Below, in pieces: positions 1 through 14,000 of a DNA stretch of 64,000 nt (its first letter is position 1; each line of letters starts with the position of its first letter). This DNA is from Antedon mediterranea (lineage: Eukaryota > Animalia > Echinodermata): the NCBI RefSeq assembly GCF_964355755.1, contig NC_092674.1, positions 17,484,001 to 17,548,000 of the forward strand. Direction: 5' to 3'. The position numbers and the translations under genes are program-made. A model generated the notes under the pieces. The model was not told where the DNA came from, searched no databases, and was given only the letters and a program-made list of their open reading frames with translations.

Positions 1-1219
1 AACATCTTAAGGAGCAAATTTGCAACATCTTTGTAATGCTCTGCACTTGCAAAGAAACAGGGGGATGCATTCTATTCGAAGCAAGAACTGTTCAGTCAAT
101 AATTTAAAAAGACATCAGAAAAGCCAATGAAGTAGACTTGCTGTGCCTACATGTATGGTGGAAGTATTTTGACGGCGCCAACATTACATTTTCTATGTAT
201 GTACTTTGGATGGGAAACTTACTGTGATCCAACTCCATATTTAGGATGGGGTCGAATTATTAAATCCCAGACTCATTACAGAATTAAGAATCCTGTTTCT
301 TTAAATATATATGAGATATATGAGATATATATGAGATATATGAGATATATATGCAGTTATAAAAAGTTGCAGTTGCAGAAAATTAACTGGAATGTTCTAT
401 TGCATGTTGTGAAGGGTGGCCGAATAACTTCTGATACCCATGATCTTAACCTGGATGTGGTAAATGTTCTACTATTTTCATGAAATTAAAAACATTTTTT
501 CCTTTCGGTTTCTATATTTTCCCGTTAGAATAATGGCAATTGAGCATTATTGTGACAAAATACATGACGTCATACAGTATGTCTTATGACATCATAGGTA
601 CGTTATATGGCAATTAAAATATGCTAATTATAAAGTTTAATATCACATTTATATCTACTCGCAGTGCACTTAGGTGGTCTAAAACCAAGCGTTAAGGAGA
701 TATGGAGCTTCAAAATGGTATGATAAATAGCGGCCATTTTGAATGTATGCTAATTAACCCACTTCCTGACGTCCGATTTTGGTAAACTTTGGAAATAATG
801 TTCATTTCAACAAGGAGAATGTCAAAAAACATGTTTTCTTGCATTTCCTAAATTGTTCGCATAGTATAATGTCATTTAAACAGTTATAACATAATATATG
901 CCGTCACCACTACCATATGACGTCATAGGTACGTCAAATGGGAATTTAAATATGCTAATTAGAATGTTTAATATCACATTTATATCTACTCGTAATGCAT
1001 TTAGGTGGTCTAAATCCAACTGTTAGAGAGATATGAGGCTTCAAAATAGCAAATGGCGGCCATTTTGAATTTATGCTAATTAACCCACTTGCCGATGTCC
1101 GATTTTGGTAAAATTTGGATATGATATTCATTTGAACTATATTCACCAGACTAAAAAAAAAAATTCTGTTGCAATTTGTTCTAGGTTCACCCTATTTTTG
1201 ACTTATCTTTACTGGACTA
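1..1219 (+). mobile_element. Probable 3' end of a decayed Academ-like DNA transposon, truncated by the window start
   Basis: Frameshifted Cys-rich remnant at ~370-430 (CSCRK.. / CSIACCEG) resembles the C-terminal Cys finger of the Academ protein at 61500-61610. Two ~220-bp subterminal direct repeats (~585-810, ~917-1138). Ends ...ACTGGACTA at 1219 (TAG terminus on the minus strand) and abuts satellite A. Confidence 0.4.
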
Positions 1220-2217
1220 CTGTATAAGATGATGTTAGCACAATATATTTGCATAAATGGCAATATTATAGCATAATTTTCAAATTTTAAAAAGTGTCAA
1301 TTTTCGCCATTTTTCGAAAAAAAATCCTATGGTCCCCCGCAGGAAAATTTTCTAAAAATGACCAAATTTCGACCCTTTTATTTTTTGACTTAACTAGTTA
1401 CTATGGCTCTATAAGATGATGTTAACACAATATATGTGCATAAATGGCAATATTATATCATAATTATTGAATTTTAGAAAGTGGAAATTTTGGGAACTTT
1501 TCGAAAAAATTCCCTGTAGTCCCCTTCAGGGAAATTTTCGAAAAATGGCCAAATTTCGACCCTTTTATTTTTTGACATAACTCGTTACTATGGCTCTATA
1601 AGATGGTGTTAACACAATATATGTGCATAAATGGCAATATTATAGCCTAATTATTCAATTTTAAACGGTGAAAGTTTTGGTTATTTTTCGAAAAAAATCC
1701 TTTGGTCCCCCGGAGGAAAATTTTCGAAAAATGGCCAAATTTTTACCCTTTTATTTTTTCACATAACTAGTTACGATGGCTCTATAAGATGATGTTAACA
1801 CAATATATGTGCATAAATGGCAATATTATAGCATAATTATTGAATTTTGAAAAGTGGAAAATTTTTCCATTTTTTGACCCTTTTGTTTGTTGACATAACT
1901 ATTTGCTATGGCTCTATAAGATGATGTTAGCACAATATATGATTGTGCATTGCCATTGCCATTTTTCGAAAAAATTCCTATGGTGTCCCGCAGGAAAATT
2001 TTCGAAAAATGGCGAAATTTTGACCCTTTTGTATTTTGACATAACTAGTTACTATGGCTCTATAAGATGATGTTAGCACAATATATTTGCAAAAATGGCA
2101 ATATTATAGCATAATATTTGAATTTTAAAAAGTGGAAATTGTTTCCATTTTTCGGAAAAATTCCTATGGTTCCCAGCAGGGAAATTTTCGAAAAATGGCC
2201 AAACTTCAAACCTTTAA

Positions 2218-2413
2218 TTAGTCGCGTGGACGCGACTCTACAGTTCACTATGTAGGTCGATCGGTCTGTTTGTTGGTCCGGTATCACTTTGGGTTTTATC
2301 GCTTTTCTGTACTTTTTGAACTGTTTTGATGTACAGAAAAGTTTTAAAGTACATTACTTTTTGAAAGTTCATTTATTTCTGAGAGCACGATACTTATTGC
2401 TGTTGGCCTTGTT
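2218..2413 (+). mobile_element. Short DINE-1/Helentron-like (HINE) non-autonomous element
   Basis: 5' hairpin GTCGCGTGGACGCGAC, GTCG/GTCT microsatellite, 3' CACGA..GCTGTTGGCCTTG end, in a T-rich site of satellite A. Confidence 0.65.
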
Positions 2414-2705
2414 TTTGTACATAACTAGTTACTATGGCTCTATAAGATGATGTTAACACAATATTTGTCCATAAATGGCAATATTATAGCATAATTATTT
2501 AATTTTAAAAAGTGAAAAATTTTTGCCATTTTCGACCTTTTTATATTTTGTAATTTTTTATAATTTTAAAAAGTGGAAATTTTAGTCATTTTTCGAAAAA
2601 TGGCCAAACTTCAAACCTTTAAATTGTTGCCATTTTTCGAAAAAACTCCTATGGTGGTCCCCGCAGGGAAATTTTCGCGAAAATGGCCAAACTTCAAACC
2701 TTTAA

Positions 2706-2904
2706 TTAGTCGCGTGGACGCGACTCTACAGTTCACTATGTCGGTCGGTCGGTCTGTCGGTCTTTGGTCCGGTATCACTTTGGGTTTTATTGCTTTTCTG
2801 TACTTTTTGAACTGTTTTGATGTACAGAAAAGTTTTAAAGTACATTACTTTTTGAAAGTTCATTTATTTCTAAGAGCACGCAACATATTGCTGTTGGCCT
2901 TGTT
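2706..2904 (+). mobile_element. Short DINE-1/Helentron-like element (second copy)
   Basis: Near-identical to 2218-2413 with the same flank (CAAACCTTTAATTAGTCGCG). Confidence 0.65.
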
Positions 2905-2930
2905 TTTTGACATAACTAGTTACTATGGCT

Positions 2931-4289
2931 CACACTCGATTCACCAGGGACAAAAAGTAGTGAGCCCTCTATCGGCAGCGAATCGTTTTTGCACACGAGA
3001 CAGCGTGGACAATTACCCGGAAGCAACTTTGTTTTGAAAAGTAAATCTTAGGTTTTTGCAAACTGGCCAATTGGAACTTTTGGTTTTATTTACTAATGAA
3101 TAATTCATGAAAACCTTTGACAAGGCATCTACGAACCACGTGATATTGTTTTTTAATCGACGAACCCATTATATTTGTGTGAAACAAGGGTGAATTACAC
3201 CGATGTTTTTTAAACAATTTTAGGCTATTCGAATGTTAAAATTTCGTCTAATTTGTTGAGGCTGTAATAAAACAACGCAATTTTTTGAGAAGGTGGGTTT
3301 TATAGTTTCTGAATATTTGATTTTTCAATAAAATCTCGTTGGGGTTATTTTTTATTTTTTTTTAATGGCTGCTTAAACATGTGCCTTCTTGGGTATTTCA
3401 CTATTGAAAATGGAACACATGGTTGTAGCTAAAATCATTTTTTACGCCATAAGATAAAAAATGTGGTTTTGTAAATTAATAAGGGCAACATATATATAGG
3501 AAAGCTGTTTTTAATCATAAAACTCTACAAAGCCTCTTTTTTTAGTCGCGTGGAAGCGACTCTATAGTTCACTATGTCGGTCGGTCGGTCGGTCTGTCTG
3601 TCTGTCTGTCTGTCGGTCTGTCTGTCGGTCTGTCTGTCGGTCTGTCTGTCGGTCTGTCTCTCTGTCTGTCTGTCGGTCCGGTATCACTATGCGTTTTATC
3701 GCTTTCTGACCTTATCTTGATATCAGTTTAATCTAGCTAGGTCAATTTTTCACAGTATATTCCTTATGGCCAGAAATAAATGTGGTTATGTTTTCACGGT
3801 GCGCAATAAAAAATTACGCGGTCTACGCACGATTTAACGAAATCACGTTTGTAATCATATCTTCACAACCATGAATCACAATTAAATAAAATTTGGTACT
3901 CATAAATTTCAGGGCATAAAATATCATCATATGGCAATACAATTACGTGCGTAGCGCATGTAACGCATGCGTACGCGCGCTTAACATTTTCAAAATTTAT
4001 TTTCGATGAAATAAGAGTACATTTCAGGCAATTTTAAGCGTTTACAAAATTGCCATGAGTGCGCATATTTTTGCGCGCGCACTGCGCGTTAAATGTTATT
4101 GCGCACTCTTTTTGCCCGATTTCTGTTTTCTTGACTTACTTTTCAACTCGAAATTACGTTATACGAGCACGTCGAAAGTGACAGGCTACGCACGTGTAAA
4201 TTAAAAAAAATTAATGTTTTTAAACATTTCAACATTTTTAATCATGTTCAGTAATTTCGGTCAGTATAGTTCACTATGTCGGTCGGTCG

Positions 4290-4320
<31 letters not shown>

Positions 4321-6102
4321 GGTCTGTCGGTCTGTCTGTCGGTCTGTCGGTCTGTCTGTCGGTCCGGTATCACTATGCATTGTAGCACGCGACTTAATGG
4401 CTGTTGGCCTTGTTTATTTATAAATCAATATAGTCTAGGCCTAGTAGTACAGTAGGAGAGCCAGGCTTTAGCCTATAATAGTGGGGTAGTGCGTGCATTA
4501 TTGGCGCGTGTTCATTGTCTGGCGCGCGTTGTTTATAGGCCTAAGAAAATAATTAAAATATACAAATATAATTAAATAATGATTATTATTAATTGAATGT
4601 TGTTTTTTTTTTACAGACCACAGAGGATTGTTCTACATACTTCAATACAAATAGCATTAAATCAACAACAATTTCTTATGAGTCATATTAATTTACCTCT
4701 GGCATATAATGTGAAAAAGCACTACAGTATTAATACTGTAATAATGGATATCTATAGATGTATTGCCAAAAAGACATTTTATTTTTTAAAAACTTTAACT
4801 TATCCTAATTTACTTATTTAAAGGTTCAAGTGGCGGTTGGTTGTTGTGCAGTAGTTTAATAAAGTTTAAATGTACATTTCAAATCGGCAAATAAATAATG
4901 GTAATAGGGTACTACAGTAAAGAAAATCTTTTGAAGATTAGGCTTAGTACAAAAGATGTTAGCTAAGTTGATGTAGATAACTTGTTGTCTGATTTTTAAG
5001 GTGAAATTTTTGATAATATTAAAAGTTAAAATGTTAACTGGTGTGTATTTGTATTTCATTTATTGCTCCATTATTATAATGAAAAGCAGGGAACCATGAC
5101 ATTTCATTTTAGCTCCGATAAAAAGTAAACATTTTCAGCATATACTGTACTTAAATCAATCATATGTTAGTGACAGGTGACATTAACAGATTTATTATGA
5201 GATTACTAGTAAGCCTACTAGTAGGTTTAGCTCTATTCACAAAAATAATGACATTATATACTGTACATTAATTAATTAGCCTAGCTAGGCCTAACTAATT
5301 TACTGATTTTTCAGTATTTTACCAAGTCAACCGTTCAGGCATGCAGACAGTCATCACTTCACACTAATCTTCATAATTTTAAGAAAAATGAAAGTTCAGC
5401 ACTTTATTTTAAAATTTATAAGCCCATATTATAAGATTCTGCCTCATCCACTTAACAAGAACTAAAATCGAGAGCCCAGTGATAGAGCGCATCTTCCGAC
5501 GTTCTCGTCGCCTAAGGAAACGAGTATTCCAGCCCTGCCGCGTCTTCCTAGGCCTACGCGCACCGCACTTTCGCTCAAAATACACTATTTTCAACTCCTT
5601 ATAGAATTTGTTTGAAAAATAACCCCAAGCTTATATTTGGAAATCTTTGAAAATGCATATAATACTATATTATAGCGTTTTCAGAATTTCATTTAAAAAT
5701 TGCAAATTAATGTTAGTTATTTTAACACATTAGTTAGTTTTCACTTTTTTGTTTTCGCCGTATGACTCACTTTGTTTACGTTTACACTTGACTTAGACGT
5801 TTATCTTAGAATTCGAATCAATTAATCCATAATCAACTAAAATTGCTATTGTTGTGGTTTTTGTTTAATATAAATGTTCTTAATAAACAGAAATAAATCA
5901 AACAACAATATAATTTAATATAAACCCGTTAAAAGGGAAATTTAGACAACCTATAAAAACACGGAAGTCAGAGCTCGCGTCGCTCGAAATGCTCGGGAAC
6001 TTTCTATTTATAGCCAATCGAAAAAGGCTCCGGCTAACTTAAACAATGAAAACGGCTCTCGGAACACTTAATGTCCCATTTTCGCTGTTTGACGTGGATG
6101 TG
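2931..6102. mobile_element. Non-autonomous Chapaev-like DNA transposon with RSS-like ends
   Basis: Termini CACACTC... and ...GGATGTG; perfect 4-bp TSD GGCT (2927-2930 / 6103-6106) in satellite A. CAC termini with a 4-bp TSD are Chapaev hallmarks. No transposase ORF. Left subterminal region resembles 34383-34620. Confidence 0.8.
3542..4414 (+). mobile_element. Long DINE-1/Helentron-like element nested in the Chapaev-like element
   Basis: Starts TTAGTCGCGTG and ends with the inverted subTIR CACGCGACT plus the GGCTGTTGGCC hairpin; two (GTCT/GTCG)n tracts at ~3577-3678 and ~4278-4364; T-rich insertion site. Confidence 0.7.
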
Positions 6103-8075
6103 GGCTCTATAAGATGATGTTAACACAATATATGTGCATAAATGGCAATATTATAGTCTCTTTGTGAGACTTGCTCCTTCAGTCAGTATTTTTAAATCAC
6201 GACTGAAAGCCCATCTGTTCTCATCCGGTATTAATTAATTTATTCATTCATTCATTTACTCCTTCCCCGAAACCTTGACTCAGAAATACCGGGATGGTGT
6301 CCGGCGGGGGATAGTTTAACCCTAGCTTAAGTTGTGCATGCTTCATTTACTCTCTATTCTTAATTCTGGCCCCGAAACCTTGACTCAGAAATACCGGGAT
6401 GGTGTCCGGCGGGGGATAGTTTTACCTTAGTTAAGCATAGTTAAGCTTTGTTACATTTTTTTTTTCACATTATTGATTGTCTCCATCCCCGAAACCTCGA
6501 CTAAGAAATACCGGAATGGTGTCCGGCGGGGTATAGTTTATTACCATTAGTTAAGGTCCTATGTAAAGCACCTAGAGGGGTCAGTGATCCATTAGGCGCT
6601 ATATAAATACTGTTTATTATTATTATTATTAATTATTGAATTTTAAAAGGTGGAAATTTTGGTCATTTTCGACCCTTTTATATTTTGACATAGGTAGTTG
6701 CTATGGCGGCTCTATAAGATGATGCTAGCACAATATATGTGCATAAATGGCAATATTATAGCCTAATTATAGAATTTAAAAAATTGGAAATTTTTTCCAT
6801 TTTTCGAAAAAATTCTTATGGTCCCCCGCAGGGAAATTGTCGCAAAAATGGCGAAATTTCAAACCTTTTATTTTTTGACATAACTAGTTACTATGGCTCT
6901 ATAAGATGATGTTAACACAACATATGTGCATAAATGGCAATATTATAGTCTAATTATTGAATTTTAAAAGGTGGAAATTTTGGTCATTTTTTGAAAAAAT
7001 TCCAGTGGTCCCCCGCAGGAAAATTTTCAAAAAATAGCAAAATTTCGACCCTTTTATTTTTTGACATAACAAATTACTCTGTCTGTATAAGATAAGACAA
7101 TATATTTGCATAAATGGCAATAGCATAATTTTCGAATTTTAAAAAGTGAAAAAAAATCTTATGGTCCCCAGCAGGGAAATTTTCGAAAAAAGGCCAAACT
7201 TAGACCCTTTTATTTTTTGACATAACTAGTTACTATGGCTCTATAAGATGTTGTTAGCACAATATATTTGCATAAATGGCAATAGCATAAAAATTTTTCG
7301 AAAAATGGCCTAATTTCTACCCTTTTGTTTTTTGACATAAATAGTTACTAATTTTCGAAAAATGGCCAAATTTTGACCATTTTATTGACATTATGGCTCT
7401 ATAAGATGATGTTAACACAATATATGTACATAAATGGTAATATTATAGCATAATTTTCGAATTTAAAAAAAGTAGAAATTTTGTCTATTTTTCGAAAAAA
7501 ATTCCTATGGATCCCCGCAGGGAAATTTTAGGACAATGGCCAAATTTCGACCCTTTTATTTGTTGACATAACTAGTTACTATGGCTCTGTAAGATGATGT
7601 TAGCACAATATATTTGCATAAATGGCAATATTTTAGCATCATTTTCGAATTTTAAAAATTGGAAATTTTGTCAATTTTTCGAAAAAATTCATATGGTCCC
7701 CCACAGGAAAATTTTCGGAAAATGGCCAAATTTCAACCCTTTTATTTTTTGACATAATTCGTTACTATGGCTCTATAAGATGATGTTAGCAAGTGGCAAT
7801 ATTATAGCATAATTATTTAATTTTAAAAAGAGGAAAATGTTGCCATTTTTCGACCCTTTTTTGACATAACTAGTTGCTATGTCTCTATAAGATGATGTTA
7901 GCACAATATATGTGCATAAATGGCAATATTATAGCATAATTATTAAATATTAAAAAGTGGAAATTTTCGAAAAATGGCCAAATTTCAACCCTTTTATTTT
8001 TTGACATAGTTCGTTACCATGGCTCTATAAGATGATGTTAGCAAAATATATCTGTATAAATGTTAATATTATAGT
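6103..8075 (+). repeat. Satellite A array (continued)
   Basis: Same unit as 1220-2930; interrupted by an L2 fragment. Confidence 0.93.
6159..6630 (+). mobile_element. 5'-truncated L2-clade LINE 3' end
   Basis: Encodes the C-terminal FKSRLKAHLF motif (~6190-6220); ends GGCGCTATATAAAT..(TAT)n, typical of L2 3' tails; the 3' UTR has three copies of a ~46-bp GC-rich motif. Confidence 0.75.
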
Positions 8076-11000
8076 TTTTATGTACCGACATCGACCAAGT
8101 TTTTACGTACAGACATCAACCTCGATTTTACGTATAGAAATCAACCCCGATTTTACGTACATACATCGACCCCAATTTTACGTACAGACATCGACTCCGA
8201 TTTTACGTACAGACATAGACCTAGTTTTACGCAGCGACATCGACCTAGACTTTACATACAGTCATCGACCCCGATTTTACGTACATACATCGACTCCGAT
8301 TTTACATACAGACATCGACCCGATTTTACGTACAGTCATCGACCCAGTTTTTACGTACAGACATCAACCTCGATTTTACGTACCGACATCGATCCCTATT
8401 TTACGTACATTCATCGACCCCGATTTTACGTACAGACATCGACCCCGATTTTACGTACAGACATCGACCCGATTTTACGTACAGTCATCGACCCAGTTTT
8501 TACGTACAGACATCGACCTAGTTTTACGCACCGACATCGACCTAGACTTTACATACAGTCAGCGACCCCGATTTTACATACAGACATCGACCTAGTTTTG
8601 ACGTACAGATATCGACCCCGTTTTGACGTACAGACATCGACACCGATTTTACGCAAAGACAACGACCCCGATTTCACGTACAGACATCGACCCCGATTTT
8701 ACGTACAGTCATCGACCCAGTTTTTACGTACAGACATCAACCTCGATTTTACGTACCGACGATCCCTATTTCACGTACATATATCGACCCGTATTTATTA
8801 ACAGACATCGACCTTGTTTTTACGTACAGACATCGACCCCGATTTTACGTACAGACATCGACCCGATTTTACGTACAGTCATCGACCCAGTTTTTACGTA
8901 CAGACATCGACCTAGTTTTACGCACCGACATCGACCTAGACTTTACATACAGTCAGCGACCCCGATTTTACATACAGACATCGACCTAGTTTTGACGTAC
9001 AGATATCGACCCCGTTTTGACGTACAGACATCGACACCGATTTTACGCAAAGACAACGACCCCGATTTTACGTACAGACATCGACCCGATTTTACGTACA
9101 AATATCGACCATGATTTTACGTACAAACATCGACCTAGTTTTTATGTACCGATACCGACCTCGATTTTACGTACAGACAGCGACCCCGATTTTACGTACA
9201 GACATCGACCTAGTTTTGACATACAGACATCGACCCCGTTTTTACGTAAAGACATCGACCTAATTTTTACGTACCGACATCGACCAAGTTTTTACGTACA
9301 GAAATCGACCCTGATTTTACGTACAGACATCGACCCCGGTTTTACGTACAGACATTGACCCCGGTTTTACGTACAGACATCGACCCGATTTTACGTACAG
9401 TCATCGACCCAGTTTTTACGTACAGACATCGACCTCGATTTTACGTACAGAAATCAACCCCGATTTTACGTACATACATCGACCCAGATTTTACGTACAG
9501 ACATCGACCCCGATTTTACGTACAGACATCGACCTAGTTTTTACGTACAGACATCGGCTAAATTTTGACGTACAGACATTGACCCCGATTTTACGTACAG
9601 ACATTGACCCAGTTCTTACGTACAGACCTCAACCTTGATTTTACGTACTGACATCGACCCAGTTTTTACGTACATACATTGACCCCAATTTAACGTACAG
9701 ACATCGACCCCGATTTTACGTACAGACATCGACCTAGTTTTTACGTACAGACATCGACCCCGATTTTACGTACATACATCGACTCCTCTTTTACGTACAG
9801 ACATCGACCCTGATTTTACGTACAGACATCGACCCCGATTTTACGTACATACATCGACTCCGATTTTACGTACAGACATCGACCCGATTTTACGTACAGT
9901 CATCGACCCAGTTTTTACGTACAGACATCAACCTCGATTTTACGTACAGACATCGATCCCTATTTTACGTACATACTTCGACCCCGATTTTACGTACAGA
10001 CATCGACCCGATTTTACGTACAGTCATCGACCCAGTTTTACGTACAGACATCAACCTCGATTTTACGTACCGACGATCCTTATTTCACGTACATATATCG
10101 ACCCGTATTTATTAACAGACATCGACCTTGTTTTTACGTACAGACATCGACCCTGATTTTACGTACATACATCGACCTAGTTTTTACGTACAGACATCGA
10201 CCCTGATTTTACAAACAGACATTGACCTAGTTTTGACGTACATATATCGACTCCGTTTTTACGTACCGACATCAACCTCGATCTTACGTAGAGACATCGA
10301 CTCCGACTTTACGTACATACATCGACCTCGATTTTACGTACAGCCATCAACCCTGTTTTTACGTACAGACATCGACCTCGATTTTACGTACAGACATTGA
10401 CCCCGATTTTACGTACATACATCGACCCAGATTTTACGTACTGACATCGACCCCAATTTTACGTACAGTCATCGACCCAGTTTTTACGTACAGACATCAA
10501 CCTCGATTTTACGTACCGACGATCCCTATTTCACGTACATATATCGACCCGTATTTATTAACAGACATCGACCTTGTTTTTACGTACAGACATCGACCCC
10601 GATTTTACGTACAGACATCGACCCGATTTTACGTACAGTCATCGACCCAGTTTTTACGTACAGACATCGACCTAGTTTTACGCACCGACATCGACCTAGA
10701 CTTTACATACAGTCAGCGACCCCGATTTTACATACAGACATCGACCTAGTTTTGACGTACAGATATCGACCCCGTTTTGACGTACAGACATCGACACCGA
10801 TTTTACGCAAAGACAACGACCCCGATTTTACGTACAGACATCGTCCCCGATTTTACGTACAAACATCGACCATGATTTTACGTACAAACATCGACCTAGT
10901 TTTTATGTACCGATACCGACCTCGATTTTACGTACAGACAGCGACCCCGATTTTACGTACAGACATCGACCTAGTTTTGACATACAGACATCGACCCCGT

Positions 11001-14000
11001 TTTTACGTAAAGACATCGACCTAATTTTTACGTACCGACATCGACCAAGTTTTTACGTACAGAAATCGACCCCGAATTTACGTACAGACATCGACCCCGG
11101 TTTTACGTACAGACATCGACCCCGGTTTTACGTACAGACATCGACCCGATTTTACGTACAGTCATCGACCCAGTTTTTACGTACAGACATCGACCTCGAT
11201 TTTACGTACAGAAATCAACCCCGATTTTACGTACATACATCGACCCAGATTTTACGTACAGACATCGACCCCGATTTTACGTACAGACATCGACCTAGTT
11301 TTTACGTACAGACATCGGCTAAATTTTGACGTACAGACATTGACCCCGATTTTACGTACAGACATTGACACAGTTCTTACGTACAGACCTCAACCTTGAT
11401 TTTACGTACTGACATCGACCCAGTTTTTACGTACATACATTGACCCCAATTTAACGTACAGACATCGACCCCGATTTTACGTACAGACATCGACCTAGTT
11501 TTTACGTACAGACATCGACCCCGATTTTACGTACATACATCGACTCCTCTTTTACGTACAGACATCGACCCTTATTTTACGTACAGACATCGACCCCGAT
11601 TTTACGTACATACATCGACTCCGATTTTACGTACAGACATCGACCCGATTTTACGTACAGTCATCGACCCAGTTTTTACGTACAGACATCAACCTCGATT
11701 TTACGTACAGACATCGATCCCTATTTTACGTACATACTTCGACCCCGATTTTACGTACAGACATCTACCCGATTTTACGTACAGTCATCGACCCAGTTTT
11801 TACGTACAGACATCAACCTCGATTTTACGTACCGACGATCCTTATTTCACGTACATATATCGACCCGTATTTATTAACAGACATCGACCTTGTTTTTACG
11901 TACATACATCGACCTAGTTTTTACGTACAGACATCGACCCTGATTTTACAAACAGACATTGACCTAGTTTTGACGTACATATATCGACTCCGTTTTTACG
12001 TACCGACATCAACCTCGATCTTACGTAGAGACATCGACTCCGACTTTACGTACATACATCGACCTCGATTTTACGTACAGCCATCAACCCTGTTTTTACG
12101 TACAGACATCGACCTCGATTTTACGTACAGACATTGACCCCGATTTTACGTACATACATCGACCCAGATTTCACGTACTGACATCGACCCCGATTTTACG
12201 TACAGCCATCAACACCGTTTTTAGGTGCAGATATCGACCCACTTTTTGACGGACCGAAATCGACCCCGTTTTGAGGTACAGACATCGACCACGTTTTTAC
12301 GTTCAGACATCGAACCCGATTTACAGTACAGGCATCGACTCCGATTTAACGAAAAGACAACGACCCCGATTTCACGAACATACATCGATCCCGTATTTAC
12401 GTACAGACATTGACCCCGATTTTACGTACATACATCGATCCCTATTTTCCAATTTTACGCAAAGACAACGACCCCGATTTCACGAATAGACATCGATCCC
12501 GTATTTACGTACAGACATCGATCCCGTATTTACTTACAGACATCGACCTAGTTTCTACGTGCAAACATCGACCCCGATTTAACGTACATATATCGATCCC
12601 GATTTTACGTACATACATCAACCTCGATTTTACGTACCGACGATCCTTATTTCACGTACATATATCGACCCGTATTTATTAACAGACATCGACCTTGTTT
12701 TTACGTACATACATCGACCTAGTTTTTACGTACAGACATCGACCCTGATTTTACAAACAGACATTGACCTAGTTTTGACGTACATATATCGACTCCGTTT
12801 TTACGTACCGACATCAACCTCGATCTTACGTAGAGACATCGACTCCGACTTTACGTACATACATCGACCTCGATTTTACGTACAGCCATCAACCCTGTTT
12901 TTACGTACAGACATCGACCTCGATTTTACGTACAGACATTGACCCCGATTTTACGTACATACATCGACCCAGATTTCACGTACTGACATCGACCCCGATT
13001 TTACGTACAGCCATCAACACCGTTTTTAGGTGCAGATATCGACCCACTTTTTGACGGACCGAAATCGACCCCGTTTTGAGGTACAGACATCGACCACGTT
13101 TTTACGTTCAGACATCGAACCCGATTTACAGTACAGGCATCGACTCCGATTTAACGAAAAGACAACGACCCCGATTTCACGAACATACATCGATCCCGTA
13201 TTTACGTACAGACATTGACCCCGATTTTACGTACATACATCGATCCCTATTTTCCAATTTTACGCAAAGACAACGACCCCGATTTCACGAATAGACATCG
13301 ATCCCGTATTTACGTACAGACATCGATCCCGTATTTACTTACAGACATCGACCTAGTTTCTACGTGCAAACATCGACCCCGATTTAACGTACATATATCG
13401 ATCCCGATTTTACGTACATACATCGACTCCGATTTTACGTACATACATTGACCCGATTTTACGTACAGTCGTCGACTCCTATTTTACGTACAGACATCGA
13501 CCCCGATTTTACGTACAGACAACGATCCCGTATTTACGTACAGACATCGATCCCGTATTTACTTACAGACATCGACCTAGTTTCTACGTACAAACATCGA
13601 TCCCAATTTAACGTACATACATCGACCCCGATTTTACGTACATACATCGACCCCGATTTGACGTACATACATCGACCACGATTTTACGTACAGACATCGA
13701 CCCCGATTTTACGTAAATACATCGACCCGATTTTACGTACAGTCATTGACCCAGTTTTTACGTACAGACATCGACCCCGATTTTCCGTACAGGCTTCGAC
13801 TCCGATTTAACGTACAAACATCGATCCCGATTTTATGTATACACATCGACCCCAAATTTACGTACAGACATTGACCCCGATTTTACGTACAGACGTCGAC
13901 CCCGATTTTACGTACAGACATCGACCTAGTTTTTACGTAAAGACATCGACCCTGATTTTACATACAGACATCGACCTAGTTTTGACGTACAGACATCGAC

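Larger units (their letters stand above)
1220..2930 (+). repeat. Satellite A array (~187-bp unit with a ~131-bp deletion variant)
   Basis: Tandem ATAAGATGATGTTAGCACAATATAT...GACATAACTAGTTACTATGGCTCT; TAAGAT recurs at 1225, 1412, 1599, 1785 and 1917. Confidence 0.95.

Noticed and set aside
305-352. (ATATATGAG)n tract inside ORF 151-483
   Set aside because: Simple microsatellite expansion in a decayed transposase remnant; the ORF is not a credible gene.
6265-6531. Hammerhead ribozyme
   Set aside because: GAAA and CTGA occur on opposite strands; neither strand has a CUGANGA...GAAA core.
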